From: Raillietiella orientalis
Lineage: Eukaryota
NCBI GenBank assembly: GCA_036172245.1
Contig: JAYWIR010000004.1
Coordinates: 3,162,001 to 3,226,000 of the forward strand
Reading direction: 5' to 3'
DNA: 64,000 nucleotides
How positions within the stretch are numbered: position 1 is the first letter of the stretch; each line of letters begins with the position of its first letter. A program made the translations under genes and the position numbers. The notes beneath the pieces are model-generated. The model was given only the letters and a program-made list of their open reading frames with translations. It was not told the origin of the DNA and searched no databases. This document shows positions 39,520-53,209 of this stretch, in pieces.

Positions 39520-41930
39520 AACCTCCCTTATCTAGAAAACCTTTATCAAACGTTGCAGAAAACTTGTTCGACGTAATTCATTTTCATTACGAAAAACATT
39601 TTGACTATATTCCTTAGGTTGATGCTTTTTTGGAGAAACCACGATTTCAATCGTAGCGTGGAGTACCAACACAAAAGATTTTTCTCAGGATTCTTAATAA
39701 TCATTTTCGAGTTCTTTTTGCAATAAAAATTGGACCAAAACATTCTTTAAAAATTATGAAGCACAATACGATGAGCTTCGAAAATATATGCTTTTAATTA
39801 TATTCTCAACCATAGTAGAAGTAAGAACGACCTTTGAATTCGAATCGATTAGATGAACATTTTCAATATAGTTTTTTTCATCACAGTGATGGCGTATGTT
39901 GATAAATATTTGAGGATTTACATTCCATTTTACGGCAAAAAAACAAGCTTTAACCGAAGAGCAGGCTGATACACTTTTTTGATACCTTTGGAGAGTTATT
40001 GAAACACGAATGTTTTCAAATGTTTTACTTCACTTTAACCCATTTTATCATTACCCATTCTTTTCCATTGTTTCAAATCCAAATTCATATACGTTCCTGT
40101 GTAGAATATCCATTCATTTATTCATCTATATTTATATTGGATATCTATTTGTTGCGTTTTCCATTATTTGGTTTTAAACTTTCAAAGCTATTTTATTTTT
40201 CAGTAATTTGATATATATTAATCTTGAAAATTATTAATTTCATGGTTGGCAGGTCTATGGAATTATGATAGCTTCATGATGAGTATACATGTTTTAGCAA
40301 ACTTAGAAATCCATAGTATATCTAATATGTATAAAAGAAGGCATGAAAGATGTATGTATGAAAGAACTAGTACGTGAAGTTTAATTGGGACCTTTGATTC
40401 GGAGACTAAATACTGCTGGTTTCGTATGAATGATTTGATATGTATTTCATATTGTTGTTTAGAGCACCCTTAGTGACTTCCTGCTTTAATGAGCTCTATT
40501 GTTGTAATGATGCTATAAAGTATTTATCTTCCATTTTTTTTTGCTGATTCTTGTCTAGTTTGCATAACAGCATGCATCGTTGTCTCGAACAAAGTAGATG
40601 CACCAAGTTTCAGAAATCAATTTATATTTTTTTCTGATGCTTGATATCTGTTGAGCGTCCTGCTACAGTATTTCGAATTGGAATATTTTAAAATTATTGA
40701 ATAATGGTCCTCGATCTTTGTATAATGAATTCTCTAACTTTTGAAGAATGCTTTAATGGTAATTGTAGACCGCTGCTATGGTATTTCAAAGTTCTGAAAA
40801 CAATGGCACCTCAGCTTGGTCTCAGCTTAAATTAAAAGAGGAAAATGGAAAACAGGATTTGTTTGCTTGTATACAATAGGAAATACAGGGAAGTAAAAGG
40901 ATGATAAGATTTCTCTGATTGGTGGAAGAATTAAGACAATGGGTTGGGTTCCTACACGAGTAGGAAAGGGATTAAGAGTTATCGGAAGCAAAAACGAGGG
41001 TTTTTATCTTTTTTTTATTTGAGAAAGTAAGGCAAAAGTAGCAGAAGGGAAAAAAGGATTATATTGCTCAATGGACGACGTTTCAAAGAGAGTAAAGACA
41101 GCAAAAATTGGTATCTTTTATGCCATAGTGGTACAAAATTCTTTATCACTAGGCATGATTTCAAAAAAAAATCGTTATAGATGAACAGTTTAACATGAAA
41201 TACGTTGCTGGAAATATGGAGTTTCAGAAAGGAAGATAATTAAATTACTGTTCTGTATAAGGTAATGGAATCTGCGGAATGAAATCTATAGTAAATAGCT
41301 TTTGTGTCTGAAGAATGGCTGTCCTGGAACTTTGAATTCTTCCGAAGAAAAAAACAAATTTTGCTTAGTTGCTTTCAATAAGGGTAATCTGTAGGAAATT
41401 GAGAAATATGTTGCCATTTTTAGTGTAAAACTCGTGAACATTCTTGAAGAAGAATAGGAGAGGGTAGGAGGGTAGAAGTTTTTAAAGAAAAACTGTAAAA
41501 AATATCAAGAAATTTGTAGCAAGTTTATTATGCTTTTTTTACTTCTAAAATAAAGTCTGTTGTCTGTTTTAAATTCAAGTTAAATAATAATTTTACCATC
41601 CCTTACTCAAAATACATAATAAGTATCTTTCTGAGAATTATATCAAGTAAACTTTTAGAATTTAATATACATGTGTTGGATCGTATCAAAACACGAAGCA
41701 CATGTGTGCATTCGTTCTTTTACTATCTCATCGAAAATCTGAAATCAATTTGTCGAAGCTTTCTTAAGGTATCTTGGTAACACTTAGAAAAGTGTTAACC
41801 ATCTCGATCTAAGGGCATGGGCTACTCGTAAAGTAATCAATGAACGGAATGTTCACTTGAATAGGTTAGGTAAATACGTGGTAAATTTTGTAATTTTGTT
41901 AATAAGTGTTGTGTCATTTTTACATTGTTC

Positions 41931-44265
41931 CCTTCTTTCATCTGCTTGTACTTCCAATTTGCTGATTTGAAAAATCAGTCAGAATCTGTAGTAAATCTAA
42001 AGCAAAGACTAGAAACTGCGGTTAGAATAAATGGAAAAGGTGATGAATTATAAATATTTTAATTGGTCACTTATGGTTTGTAGTAAGTAACTTTATGATG
42101 GATGAAAAAAATAATCATTTTAAAGCTGTATCAGATGTTGCATCTAAGATTTTATATTTAAATCTCTAGTTAATGAAAGTAGCATGTTTACATATCTGCA
42201 TATAGACTTGCCCATGAAATTTCTTCCAAACAAGGGTCTCAGTTTGGTGAACTAATCACTTGTTTTGGATGAGTTTTAAGTAATGATTTATATTATTCAC
42301 TTCTAAGTTTTTGGTGGCTGAAATATGCTGATCTTGATTGAAAGTGTTTCCTATAGTTATTAACAATTCTTCAAGAGTTATTTAATTAAATGCAGTAAAT
42401 CACAAACAAATTGTTCCAGGAGCCTTCGATTGTCTCTAGTTTTTATGGTTTTATAACCATTGGAATGTTAGACTTCATGCATACATTCAGTTTATTGTAG
42501 TTGATCCTAAAATGAATATCAGTGCTGTGGTTTTGTTGTTTCCGGGCATTATTGAAACATCCGTAATTATTAATATTAATTTGTGATTAAGTTCTTAAAA
42601 TAAACTTTTGAACTATGGTATATACTACCTGAACTGAAGTTGAGCATAAAACATTCAGCGTTTGCTTTTGAATTGAAATTCGCCACAGTGAAGTCCTATT
42701 TTATATGTATGAGCTTATGACATATTCATGATTTTCAAGATGGATAAAAAGAATTCGAAAAGAAAGGCATCACCTGTAAATGAGGAGGATTCAGACCAGC
42801 TGTCGTTCAAATTTCCCAAAGGCTACAGTGCAGCAGCAAGCAATATGATGGTATGTATTCTTATGATGTATTTGGTTTTATTTGAATAAAACAAAGTTAT
42901 CATCTGATGTTAAAAGATACCATAGAGAACTTCAGCTGCTCATGAATTAAGTGAATATTAGGTCATAATAATTATAAGAGATAGGTATGTTTGTAATTTG
43001 TATTATAACTCATTCTGGAGAGAAAATGTTTTTGTAAGGATCAGTATCATATGTGAATAATACCACTTATTGAAATAAAATATCTAAACTACCCTTCTTT
43101 ATGCCTTCTTTCATCTGCTTATGCTTCCAATTTGCTGATTTGAAAAATCAGTCAGAATCTGTAGTAAATCTAAAGCAAAGACTAGAAACTGCGGTTAGAA
43201 TAAATGGAAAAGGTGATGAATTATAAATATTTTAATTGGTCACTTATGGTTTGTAGTAAGTAACTTTATGATGGATGAAAAAAAAAATCATTTTAAAGCT
43301 GTATCAGATGTTGCATCTAAGATTTTATATTTAAATCTCTAGTTAATGAAAGTAGCATGTTTACATATCTGCATATAGACTTGCCCATGAAATTTCTTCC
43401 AAACAAGGGTCTCAGTTTGGTGAACTAATCACTTGTTTTGGATGAGTTTTAAGTAATGATTTATATTATTCACTTCTAAGTTTTTGGTGGCCGAAATACG
43501 CTGATCTTGATTGAAAGTGTTTCCTATAGTTATTAACAATTCTTCAAGAGTTATTTAATTAAATGCAGTAAATCACAAACAAATTGTTTCAGGAGTCTCT
43601 GATTGTTTCTAGTTTTTGTGGTTTTATAACCATTGGAATGTTAGACTTCATGCATACATTCAGTTTATTGTAGTTGATCCTAAAATGAATATCAGTGCTG
43701 TGGTTTTGTTGTTTCCGGGCATTATTGAAACATCCGTAATTATTAATATTAATTTGTGATTAAGTTCTTAAAATAAACTTTTGAACTATGGTATATACTA
43801 CCTGAACTGAAATTGAGCATAAAACATTCAGCGTTTGCTTTTGAATTGAAATTCGCCACAGTGAAGTCCTATTTTATATGTATGAGCTTATGACATATTC
43901 ATGATTTTCAAGATGGATAAAAAGAATTCGAAAAGAAAGGCATCACCTGTAAATGAGGAGGATTCAGACCAGCTGTCGTTCAAATTTCCCAAAGGCTACA
44001 GTGCAGCAGCAAGCAATATGATGGTATGTATTCTTATGATGTATTTGGTTTTATTTGAATAAAACAAAGTTATCATCTGATGTTAAAAGATACCATAGAG
44101 AACTTCAGCTGCTCATGAATTAAGTGAATATTAGGTCATAATAATTATAAGAGATAGGTATGTTTGTAATTTGTATTATAACTCATTCTGGAGAGAAAAT
44201 GTTTTTGTAAGGATCAATATCATATGTGAATAATATCACTTATTGAAATAAGGTATTTAAACTAC
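41931..44265 (+). repeat. Direct tandem duplication, 1173-bp period (41931-43092 and 43104-44265)
   Basis: Both copies start ccttctttcatctgctt and align throughout with scattered substitutions (e.g. ggctgaaatatg vs ggccgaaatacg; ttccaggagccttcg vs tttcaggagtctctg). Confidence 0.97.
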
Positions 44266-47200
44266 TTTCTCAAGTATGTTGTATCTTTTGTTATTGGGAA
44301 GACATAACTGTTAATAAAATCTGAATGACAAATATCAGAATTCTTGTGTTTGCCCTGTAGCTCAAACTTTCACTTTGTAAACTTAGGTAAATTTCAAAAT
44401 GTGCTATATCATTTTGTACTTTTTTTTCTTATCTAAGTGAAACTGTCATTGTTGATTTGGATTATTCTGTGATCAGGAATTATAATTATATTTGAGTTTT
44501 CTGTATGTTTAACCACATGCCAGCTCCTGATAGATATTGAGCTTAAAGTTCAGAGTATATATGTATTCAATAATTTTTCGTACTGCATCAGATAATTCAT
44601 TACGTCTTTTCATGAAATGAGATGGTTTTGCAAACTCAAAATATAAGATTAGGGCAATTTTGGCCATGTTTTCAATTTTGTATAACATAAAAGCTTAGTA
44701 TAGTATCAATCCCTGGTTGCATAAAATGGCTGGAGCATTGTCAGTGTCATTTCTAATCATGTTCACATATATACATCTTGCAGTATGAAATTAGTTCATT
44801 TAATGTTTGCTTATTCTTTGTATAGTTGTGTTAATAAGAATATGTTCACACAAATGAATGTTTATTTCATAGGATGCCAAGGTAGAATTTGTACACAAAC
44901 CAAATGATGCTAAATTAGTAAAATGAGATAATTTTGAATGTAAGTCTGAAATTCAGCAGTATTAGTTATAAAGTAAACCAGTTCAAATTTTATTTTGGAT
45001 CCCTTCTGGAGACATAGACTGGAAATCCAGCATAATAAAGGGTGAAAAAGATGGAAAATAAAGTGTAAAATGCTGCGTACATATTGTTTTAAATTAATCG
45101 TTAGGTTAAGATTTTTTGTGAAAAAGGCACTCATTTTTAATCAAAGTGGGAGCTTTCAAATTCTAAGGCAAACTATAAAGAAAGAAAAAAAAAGAAATAA
45201 GTCTTGGACAGTGAAGAATCTAAAACTTCATCTTGATGCTACACCAGTCACGCAAAAATTAGATGAACAATCAAGCATCTAATAGGATGTAATGAAACTA
45301 TTTCTCAAATTTAAGGACCTCAAAAGACTTTTGAGTTATCAGAAAGTTGGAAAGAAGTCATTCTTTCTAGTCATGTACTGTATTAGCTTTGTTTGATCCT
45401 CTGGAATTTAAAGACAGTTTCATTTCCTTCCTCCAAGCATAATTCTTGTTGTAGACAGTGGACTACACTGGAAACCCTTGAGTAGCTATACTCTTGAAAA
45501 AAAAATCCACTAACAGTGATTAAAAGGAAACCAATGACAAATAAGCACATTAGCAACTTAGTATAGCATGCAAAGAAATTCCTGAATGTTTGAATTGGAC
45601 TTCCAAGAAGTTATAGAATAGCTGAACTGTAGTACTAATTACTTCAAGCATTGGATCTGATATGGAGAGGGGATCAGTAAAAGAATTATAAGAAGAAAAT
45701 GAATGAATTATAACCCTGTTCAGATATTTGAACATCCCCAGAAATAGGAGCAACTAGTTGGAATTTTTGATGTTTTGCCACCTCTGAAAACAACTGTTCG
45801 ACTTGGTCAAGAAAGCAATTTTTCAAGAAACAGAATCCATTGCTGAGTTCTCAGACGAGTACAGATATGTAAAGCTCTAACCAAAATTTTAATAACCACA
45901 TGATTATGTATGGACTTTGCATGTTCCTATACTTCTGGTTAGTTCGTGTTGATCACTTCATGCCCATCACCAGTCAGATAATGCGATTTTGACTCTCGTA
46001 GATTCTTTTAAAATTCCTTGATTTTCTTCTATTTTATAATCCAGATAGGCACTCTGTTGGAATCAGTGGATGGTTTATTGCATATAATTTGGATTTTAAA
46101 CTGAAATCATGAATCGCCTTGTTTTTCATCATGCATCAAATATGGCAAAATACTACAAAATTATTAGGAAGCAAATTACTAAAGAGCTGCAGAAGAGTTC
46201 TTAAATATAACATGAGTTTGAAAGAATCCAATAAAGTGAAAATAAATGAATTTTTCCAATGATTCTACAGAAAAAAGTATGAGAGTAATAATAGTAAGCA
46301 GGAATTCATGTAATATTTTTGTATAGCAGTGTCACATGTAAACTGATAAAAGAGGATGATTCATGTGTATTCAGATGCAAACAAATATTTAAAATTGCAT
46401 TCAAAGCAGTGGAAGAAACAAATATCAACTCTTGTTATGTGGTATTTAATAAAAGTAGATGGAAATTAGGAATTCAGTTTATATAATATGAAGTTCTGTT
46501 TAGCATGAGGTTTATTCTATTGTGAGAAAGTTGTTCAATAGCCTTGGAGTTGCTAAAACAATTATTTTAGTCTAGTAGTATAAAATCATCAATTAGTTTG
46601 TGTTTAATGATTACTATCAGAGAGTTGTGAGTTTGCTTTATAAGGCAATGAAAGTATTCGTTGGAAAAGAATGCGTTGAGCATAAATCGAAATTTGATAA
46701 TTATGAAAATAATAATGATCAAGAGAGCTGCTCAAATTATGACAAGATGGTGCATAAGATTTTAAGAGATTTGAAAGGTGTTTGAAAGCTGTTTGGGAAG
46801 TTAATCCTTCAAATAGCAAGACTGATAGAATCTTAGACTTAGTATTTAGGTAGTATGTGGCGATGTCAAGAGATTCTTATGCTACCTGTGAAGCACATGC
46901 TTGCTTTTTTTAAAAAAAAGAAAAGAAAAAAAGATGTTTCTTTATTTGAAAGTATTCTTTGAATGATGGGAAACAGTTAATTCAACATCATTTCCCCCAC
47001 CATCTCACCCCCCCACCAACACACACACATTTTAGTAGTTTGTTTTTCTATTTCTTTCCAAAGTAATTCGTTATGTAACTTTGTCGCTTTGTTTATTTGA
47101 ACGCATCTTCATATTTTAGGGAAAAATGGGATACAGTATTGGTAAAGGTCTTGGCAAACATGGTCAAGGGCGAGTTGATATAGTAGAAGCATCTACCCAA

Positions 47201-50200
47201 AAAGGTAGACGAGGATTGGGATTGAAACTAGGAAGTATTGAAGATAAGGATGTAACTTGGGATTTTGAGGTTTGTTTGAACAGAGTTGGACCATTCAACA
47301 TAGTAATTTAGGAATACAAGGTTCAAGAGGAAATTGAATGGATGCCCCCAGCTGTGGGTGATTTGCCAGCCACCTTGTCACCCTGGATTAAGGAGGGGCC
47401 ACCAAAGTCGGATATTAGCGATGAGACTAATTTTTGCCGTGGAGAACTTCTGAGTACCCTTCTATCTTCTAAAGTAAGTGTCATATGTAGCAGTGCCATT
47501 TTGCTAGACATGCCAAATTTCTGTAGGATATCTTTGATAACATCACTAGCAGTGAGATGCGTAATGCACGCTCACGATCAAATGTGTTTGAGACAATTCG
47601 CAATGTTTTTTTTTTAAATCGTGCAGCAGTGAAAATGGCAAATTTGGATGCTGTTTTTGGCTTCATGCTGACAAATCCAATGGATCAACGAAATGTGATA
47701 TACATTTTTAGATGATTTTGCCTTAACATTATTTTCAGAAACCAGTTGTGAGTTCTAACAATCTTCTATATTTTGCGGATATCTGTGCTGGCCCAGGTGG
47801 CTTCTCAGAATATATATTATGGCGCAAACGCTGGAGAGCTAAAGGTTTCGGTTTTACTTTGAGGAATGAGAATGATTTCAAATTAGAAGATTTTTTAGCA
47901 GGTTCTCCCGAAACATTTGAACCGTTTTATGGTGAGCTAATTTTACTTTTTAATGAATTTCTTTTAATGGAATATTAGAATGTGAAATACAGATCTTTAT
48001 TTTACTGATTTGGATTAAAGAAGGCTGTTATAAGTCGTTTTTTATTTTTGTTTTGGTATTTGTATGTGTATATTTGTTAAGTTAATTGTCCGTAAGTTTC
48101 TAAGTTATGAAATGCTAAAAGAGGTGTTTTATGGAAAGCAGAAAAATGCCCATTCATCCTAAGTAAAGTTACTTTGCTATTCTTCAAACCCAGGAAAACG
48201 GTTTAAATGCATGATTGCTATGAATTGAACGTGATTATGTGGATCCTAATGTAAATAAAATATTCTGGAAACTTCCAGTTAGGAAAGAGGACTTGAGAAG
48301 TATCGATTATCAGAATTTTTGATGCATGTTTTGCATATACGATATGTGGAAACGCTTTTCTTAAAACTAAGGTGTATGTACTTAAATGACATTCTTTTAA
48401 AGATGATTCAGTACCTGTAGTTAGATATGTGTTTTTGGTTTGATTGCATCCTCTTTCTCTTTTAAAAAAGAAATTTGTCGTTGTTTGAAGTAAGAAACCA
48501 GAACTAATGCTTTTGCAGAGAACTATTTCGCATTTGCAGGTTGCACCGAAATTCAGTTATTTTGAATTCTTCTCTTTAAGGTGTCAATGGATTGAAAGGA
48601 GATGGGGATATTTATAAGCCTGCAAATCTAGTAGAGTTTCGGAAATTTGTTTTGAGCAGTACTGGTGGAAAAGGTGTTCACTTTGTTATGGCTGATGGGG
48701 TGAGTAAAGATGGATCTCTTGTTTTATTTGTGAAGCAGGGATTTTCAGTAGAAGGCCAAGAAAATATTCAAGAAATTCTATCCAAGCGCTTATATTTGTG
48801 CCAGTTCTACTGTGGCCTAAGCATTTTACGGGAAGGTATCATTTCTTAATATACATTGCACATGTGTTTGTTTGTATATTTAGGAGGACATTTTGTGTGC
48901 AAGCTGTTTGATGTATTTACGCCATTTAGTGCTGGCCTCCTATACTTAATGAACCACTGTTTTCATAAGCTGTGCATTCATAAGCCCAATTCCAGCCGCC
49001 CTGCTAATTCAGAAAGGTTTGTTTAAGAATGTCTTATGTGGTCATTTATTTTTAATCAGATACCTAATTTGCAAGTGGAAGAAAGTCAATTGTCGGAATG
49101 TAGAAGACTATTTGTTTGAAATTAATTATTGCCTTGAGAAGCTTGCACCCAATGGAAGTCGAGATGTATGTGAGATAGTCCCTTTGAATGTATTACTGGA
49201 TGATCAACCATTTGTTGAATATCTAACGCGCTCCAATGAATGGTAATTACAGTGTGAAACATATCAAGAATATCTATTTGCATTAATAGCATGGCACATA
49301 AGCAGATTGTGCAGCTAGAAAAAATTTACGCATTTTGTCAGAACACGTATGTTGAGCTTCATGTTGACCTGAGTTTACCACTTGGTTCAGCACATTGCAG
49401 GAGACACGACAAGCGGAAGCACGGAAAGCTTGTTTGGTGTACTGGAATCTTCCTGATGATAAGAGACGAGCACCTTCCAGGGGCATTGATGCACTTGAGA
49501 GCCGATTGCGTACTTTGGGTCATGGTAATGCCAAATTTAATGTATTGGGTCTTTCTATCATTTGTCAATGTGCAGTGTTCTTCAGTTTGCAAGAACCAAA
49601 ATTGACTTCGGAAACGTTGAGAAATATTCACAGCATTTATGATTTTTCTTGTGTTGTTTTGGGCACTGAGCAGTCCGCTCATGACAAAAAACGTGGCATA
49701 TTTTACAGTATGTATTGAAACCTGTGGACTCCATGTAGTGTCTAGGCCAGGGACGGAGCAATATTTTCAAATATCATGAAGGATTTTGGAGAAAAGTTGA
49801 CCTTAGAGTAGAGATTCCTGCTGATACGTTAGTATATGCTGAAATCGTAGAGGAACTTAAAGAAGGCAGATCTCTGAAAAAAATAACTGCTTTTCACATA
49901 ATTGATGCCTTTCGCTTAGGTGGTGAAGATATCTCAGAACTGTTTTATGAGGATAGGTTTGTGTGATGTTTTTTGTCAGGTTTTTGCATATTCTCTGCTG
50001 TAGGCATCAATTATGCCAGTTATTTGTAAAAGCTATAAGAAAACCAAGTCTTCCAGAGTTGGTGATTGTATGGGTTAAAGAATTGTATCCACTAAATGAG
50101 ATTCAGAATCTCTTTGATAAGTATGTGTCTATATCAAGGAAGAAGCATACTTATTTCTAAAAATGTTGATTTGGATTCCAGGCTTATCAGAGGTCTTGGT

Positions 50201-50623
50201 CCCAACTCTGGAATGGTATTCTGTTTACGTCCTCAAGAAGCATATATGGTGCCAAAAGGCATCATGCTAGTTAAACTTGTAGCAAGTAGGGCGAATATAA
50301 CCAAGCTGCTTAATAAAATATTTTAGATCCGTGGCTCATGGCATTCAGTTGTAAGCAAAAGCGACGTTATTGGTTTCACACACGTGGGGAAGCAGAGTCC
50401 CAGTATGAACGCCCTGAGGATGCTTGTCTTCCTTTTGAGTAAGTTGTGTGAATTGTTATTCAAAGAATTCCGCCATGTTTCAAGGAAAACCTTTGGAGAT
50501 TCATTATGGTGGTGGTGGAAAGAAGGTGTAAAAGTGATGAGTCACCATGATGCCCACAATGGTGAAGTTCATGCTGAAAGCCTTCTTGACTATCTAAATG
50601 CTCTAAAACTTAAAATAGCCTGA
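42740..50623 (+). CDS. CMTR1: Cap-specific mRNA (nucleoside-2'-O-)-methyltransferase 1
   Basis: First coding exon 42740-42850 (duplicate at 43913-44023) joins 47120-47269 to form the G-patch [39 protein letters not shown]. FtsJ domain: [72 protein letters not shown]. Then a GTase-like region and WW-like [17 protein letters not shown] at 50621-50623. Confidence 0.95.
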
Positions 50624-50999
50624 TTTAGAGTATTTTATTGGCAGTGAGCTGAGCTCAACGCACTTGATGTGCATGCATTTTTAATATGTTATTTCTAGAT
50701 TTTTAATGGAGATGCAAACAATATTCCAAAGATGAAAAATAAAAGACAAAGGATATGATCAAAGAAAATGCCAAAATAAGAAAATGATCTCAAGATGCAT
50801 ACTTGCACATTTTATATTTCACAAATTTGGGCCTTTTGGGCCAAATGTTGAAATATATTCTCAACATTTCGTATGCTTACCTTGTAGTTCCACAATCCTG
50901 TTTTTGTATTATAGTATACTTAGCAAAGAGTGTTTCTTCTGGTTGTACTTAACGCAGGCATCAATAGAAAATATTTGTTGATAGTGTACACAGCATTTT

Positions 51000-53100
51000 A
51001 AACACATTCCATGTCGTTTACAACGTTGACTGTTTTCATTGTACATTTACCCATGTTTATGTTTAATCGATTCAAAAACAATCCGCTAAAGTGTAGCAAA
51101 ATTTCCAAGTGTTTGGGAGCAGTTTGAGAGTCAGTAGCACATGGGAGACATATTAACTTATTAGGTGACTGGCTTCCATGAACAAAACGTCATGTGGCTA
51201 GTCAGCTAGTAATGCTACAAACCAGTTTTCCGATTCTTAATGAGAACGAAAGCAAATCTGGGAATTTTGTGTGCATGAGATGCAAGCAACACACCTCAAG
51301 GGAATTACTCATGCATTATGCTTTAATGCGAATGTGATTTCTATTTTGTGCATTTCACTCTACTTGTTAAAACAACATTTGATAGAAATCCGCGAAACAT
51401 GGAGATATTTCCATTCCTTCTTACCCCGATTCTTACCTTACCTTATATGTCTGCCAGTAAATGCCATGGAAGCAGGGAAAAACTGATGAAAAAGCGGATT
51501 GTGCGTGCATATGAAAATATTTTAAGTGAACCAATGCAAGAAGTCAACTGTTTTGCACTGCAAACAATTGTTCTATTGATGGGCAATTTGTAGCCCCTGG
51601 GATTAAAAGAATTTACGAATTGTGCCTATCCATTCTCTACGGTTAGCAGCCAAGCACGAGGACCACTTCGAATTCTGTGTTTTTTCATTTAGCTATGCTG
51701 CCGGTTGTACAATAAATATGCAATCGCCTTTCCTTTGATGTTTTTCTTTCGCCTCCGAGAACAAAACGTTTTATAGAACACAATGAAAAGCCCTAGTAAT
51801 GGATCGCCAATAAAGGATATGAATGACGTATTTTATTGACACTCCTCCACTGCTGACACGGAAAAAAAGTCTGATATTTTTTATACATTTTTCTTTCATT
51901 CCCTTTACCAGCCGGAGCATGTACGGATCTGTCCAGTAGCTGCAATTTTGCAGAAAACTGCTCGCCCTGGTACTGTATTGCAGAATGAGTGATCTCAGTG
52001 TAAGTTGCGTTATATTCAGAACTTCGGCAAAATAGCTAAGCAGGAAAAAAAAAAAAAAAAAAAAAAAAAGGCGTAACTTGTAACGCGGCATAAAGTTGCG
52101 GCGCTGCATAGATGTTACAGCCACTTCCTCATTGTGGAGGACATCCAGAAGCATCTGTCACACTGAGGAGAACTTGACGGCTGAAGTGTGTGCCTGATGT
52201 TATACTCTGCTTCCGGAGAAAAAAAAAAAAACGAGCAATTTTAGCAGAATCAAAAGCAAACTCTTGGGATAGGTAAGAAACTCTTAATCACCAATTACCG
52301 AAAAATTCAGCACAGCTGCAATTGCAAACCAGATCATTCGGCAGCTCCGCTATAGCCAAGTGAAGCAATAGAGAGCTATGTCAAGTCGACCTTTTCCACT
52401 GCTCTTTCTGGAAGAATTTAAAGTGAGAAAAACACACAATTCGAAATAAACAAGGCCATAAGTACAGCGTCAGTGTGTTCACACACAGATTAAGAAATCA
52501 GAATTAGTCTTAAATGCGTTTCAGAAACCTATATTGACGGAGTTTCAGCTATGGAGGAGGAAGACCATGATGAGTTCCGTGCAATACTGTTGATGAAGAT
52601 AGTGCCCGAGTGATAATAGTAACAAAATATCCCAGAGCAGGTAAGGTACACAAATTCCTGGTTTGCTCAAACGATGAAAATTCACTGTTTCATCAAACAA
52701 GATTTCATAATTCCTTTCCGAGTATTCAAAGAATGAATAAATTGGGCAGGTGTGCGCAGAAAGATTTCATATCTGTTTCAGTTGTTATAATCCGAAGATC
52801 CTAATTCTGTCTAAGTGACATAGGTAATCCTTCATGTTTAAGAAAACTGTTTGGGATGCTTCTTGCCGACAGATCTGTGTTCAGAATAGTGATCAGCTAA
52901 TTCTTTTTTTCAAGTTTGAGAAAACTTGTTCGTTACCGTCGCTTCTATTCCTGTAATAATCAACGTTTTTCTTTGGTTCCGTCTCTCTTCAATCTGCTGT
53001 GGGTTCCAGCCTGTTTGAAAAGAGTTTTCACGAATCATTCATCAAGAGTGACTCATGACAAAATCCAATTTATTTACTGAGATTCTAGCTAACAATATCT
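51000..53100 (-). mobile_element. Decayed LINE RT remnant
   Basis: ORF 52154-51771 ends YWRSIT (WRPIT motif), and a CPLS-like remnant follows at ~51140; multiple stops. Confidence 0.35.
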
Positions 53101-53141
53101 AAAAGACTAAGTTCTAAAACGAGTGTCCTTCCTTTCACTGC

Positions 53142-53172
<31 letters not shown>

Positions 53173-53209
53173 GCAAATGCACAAATTCCCTTGTCTCTAT
53201 TAGAACCTC

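Noticed and set aside
40780..41500. RTE-like LINE remnants (also ~35400-36700 and ~45200-46000)
   Set aside because: Purine skew and faint motifs only; too degenerate to call.
2516..50623. SPO11-RRM2-PDCD6-EXOSC6-CMTR1 as a functional gene cluster
   Set aside because: Unrelated housekeeping functions on mixed strands; no evidence of operon-like organisation.
53145..53170. Long homopolymers (also 52045-52068, 8939-8959, 3908-3929)
   Set aside because: Ordinary poly(A)-tail relics or slippage tracts; lengths are unreliable.
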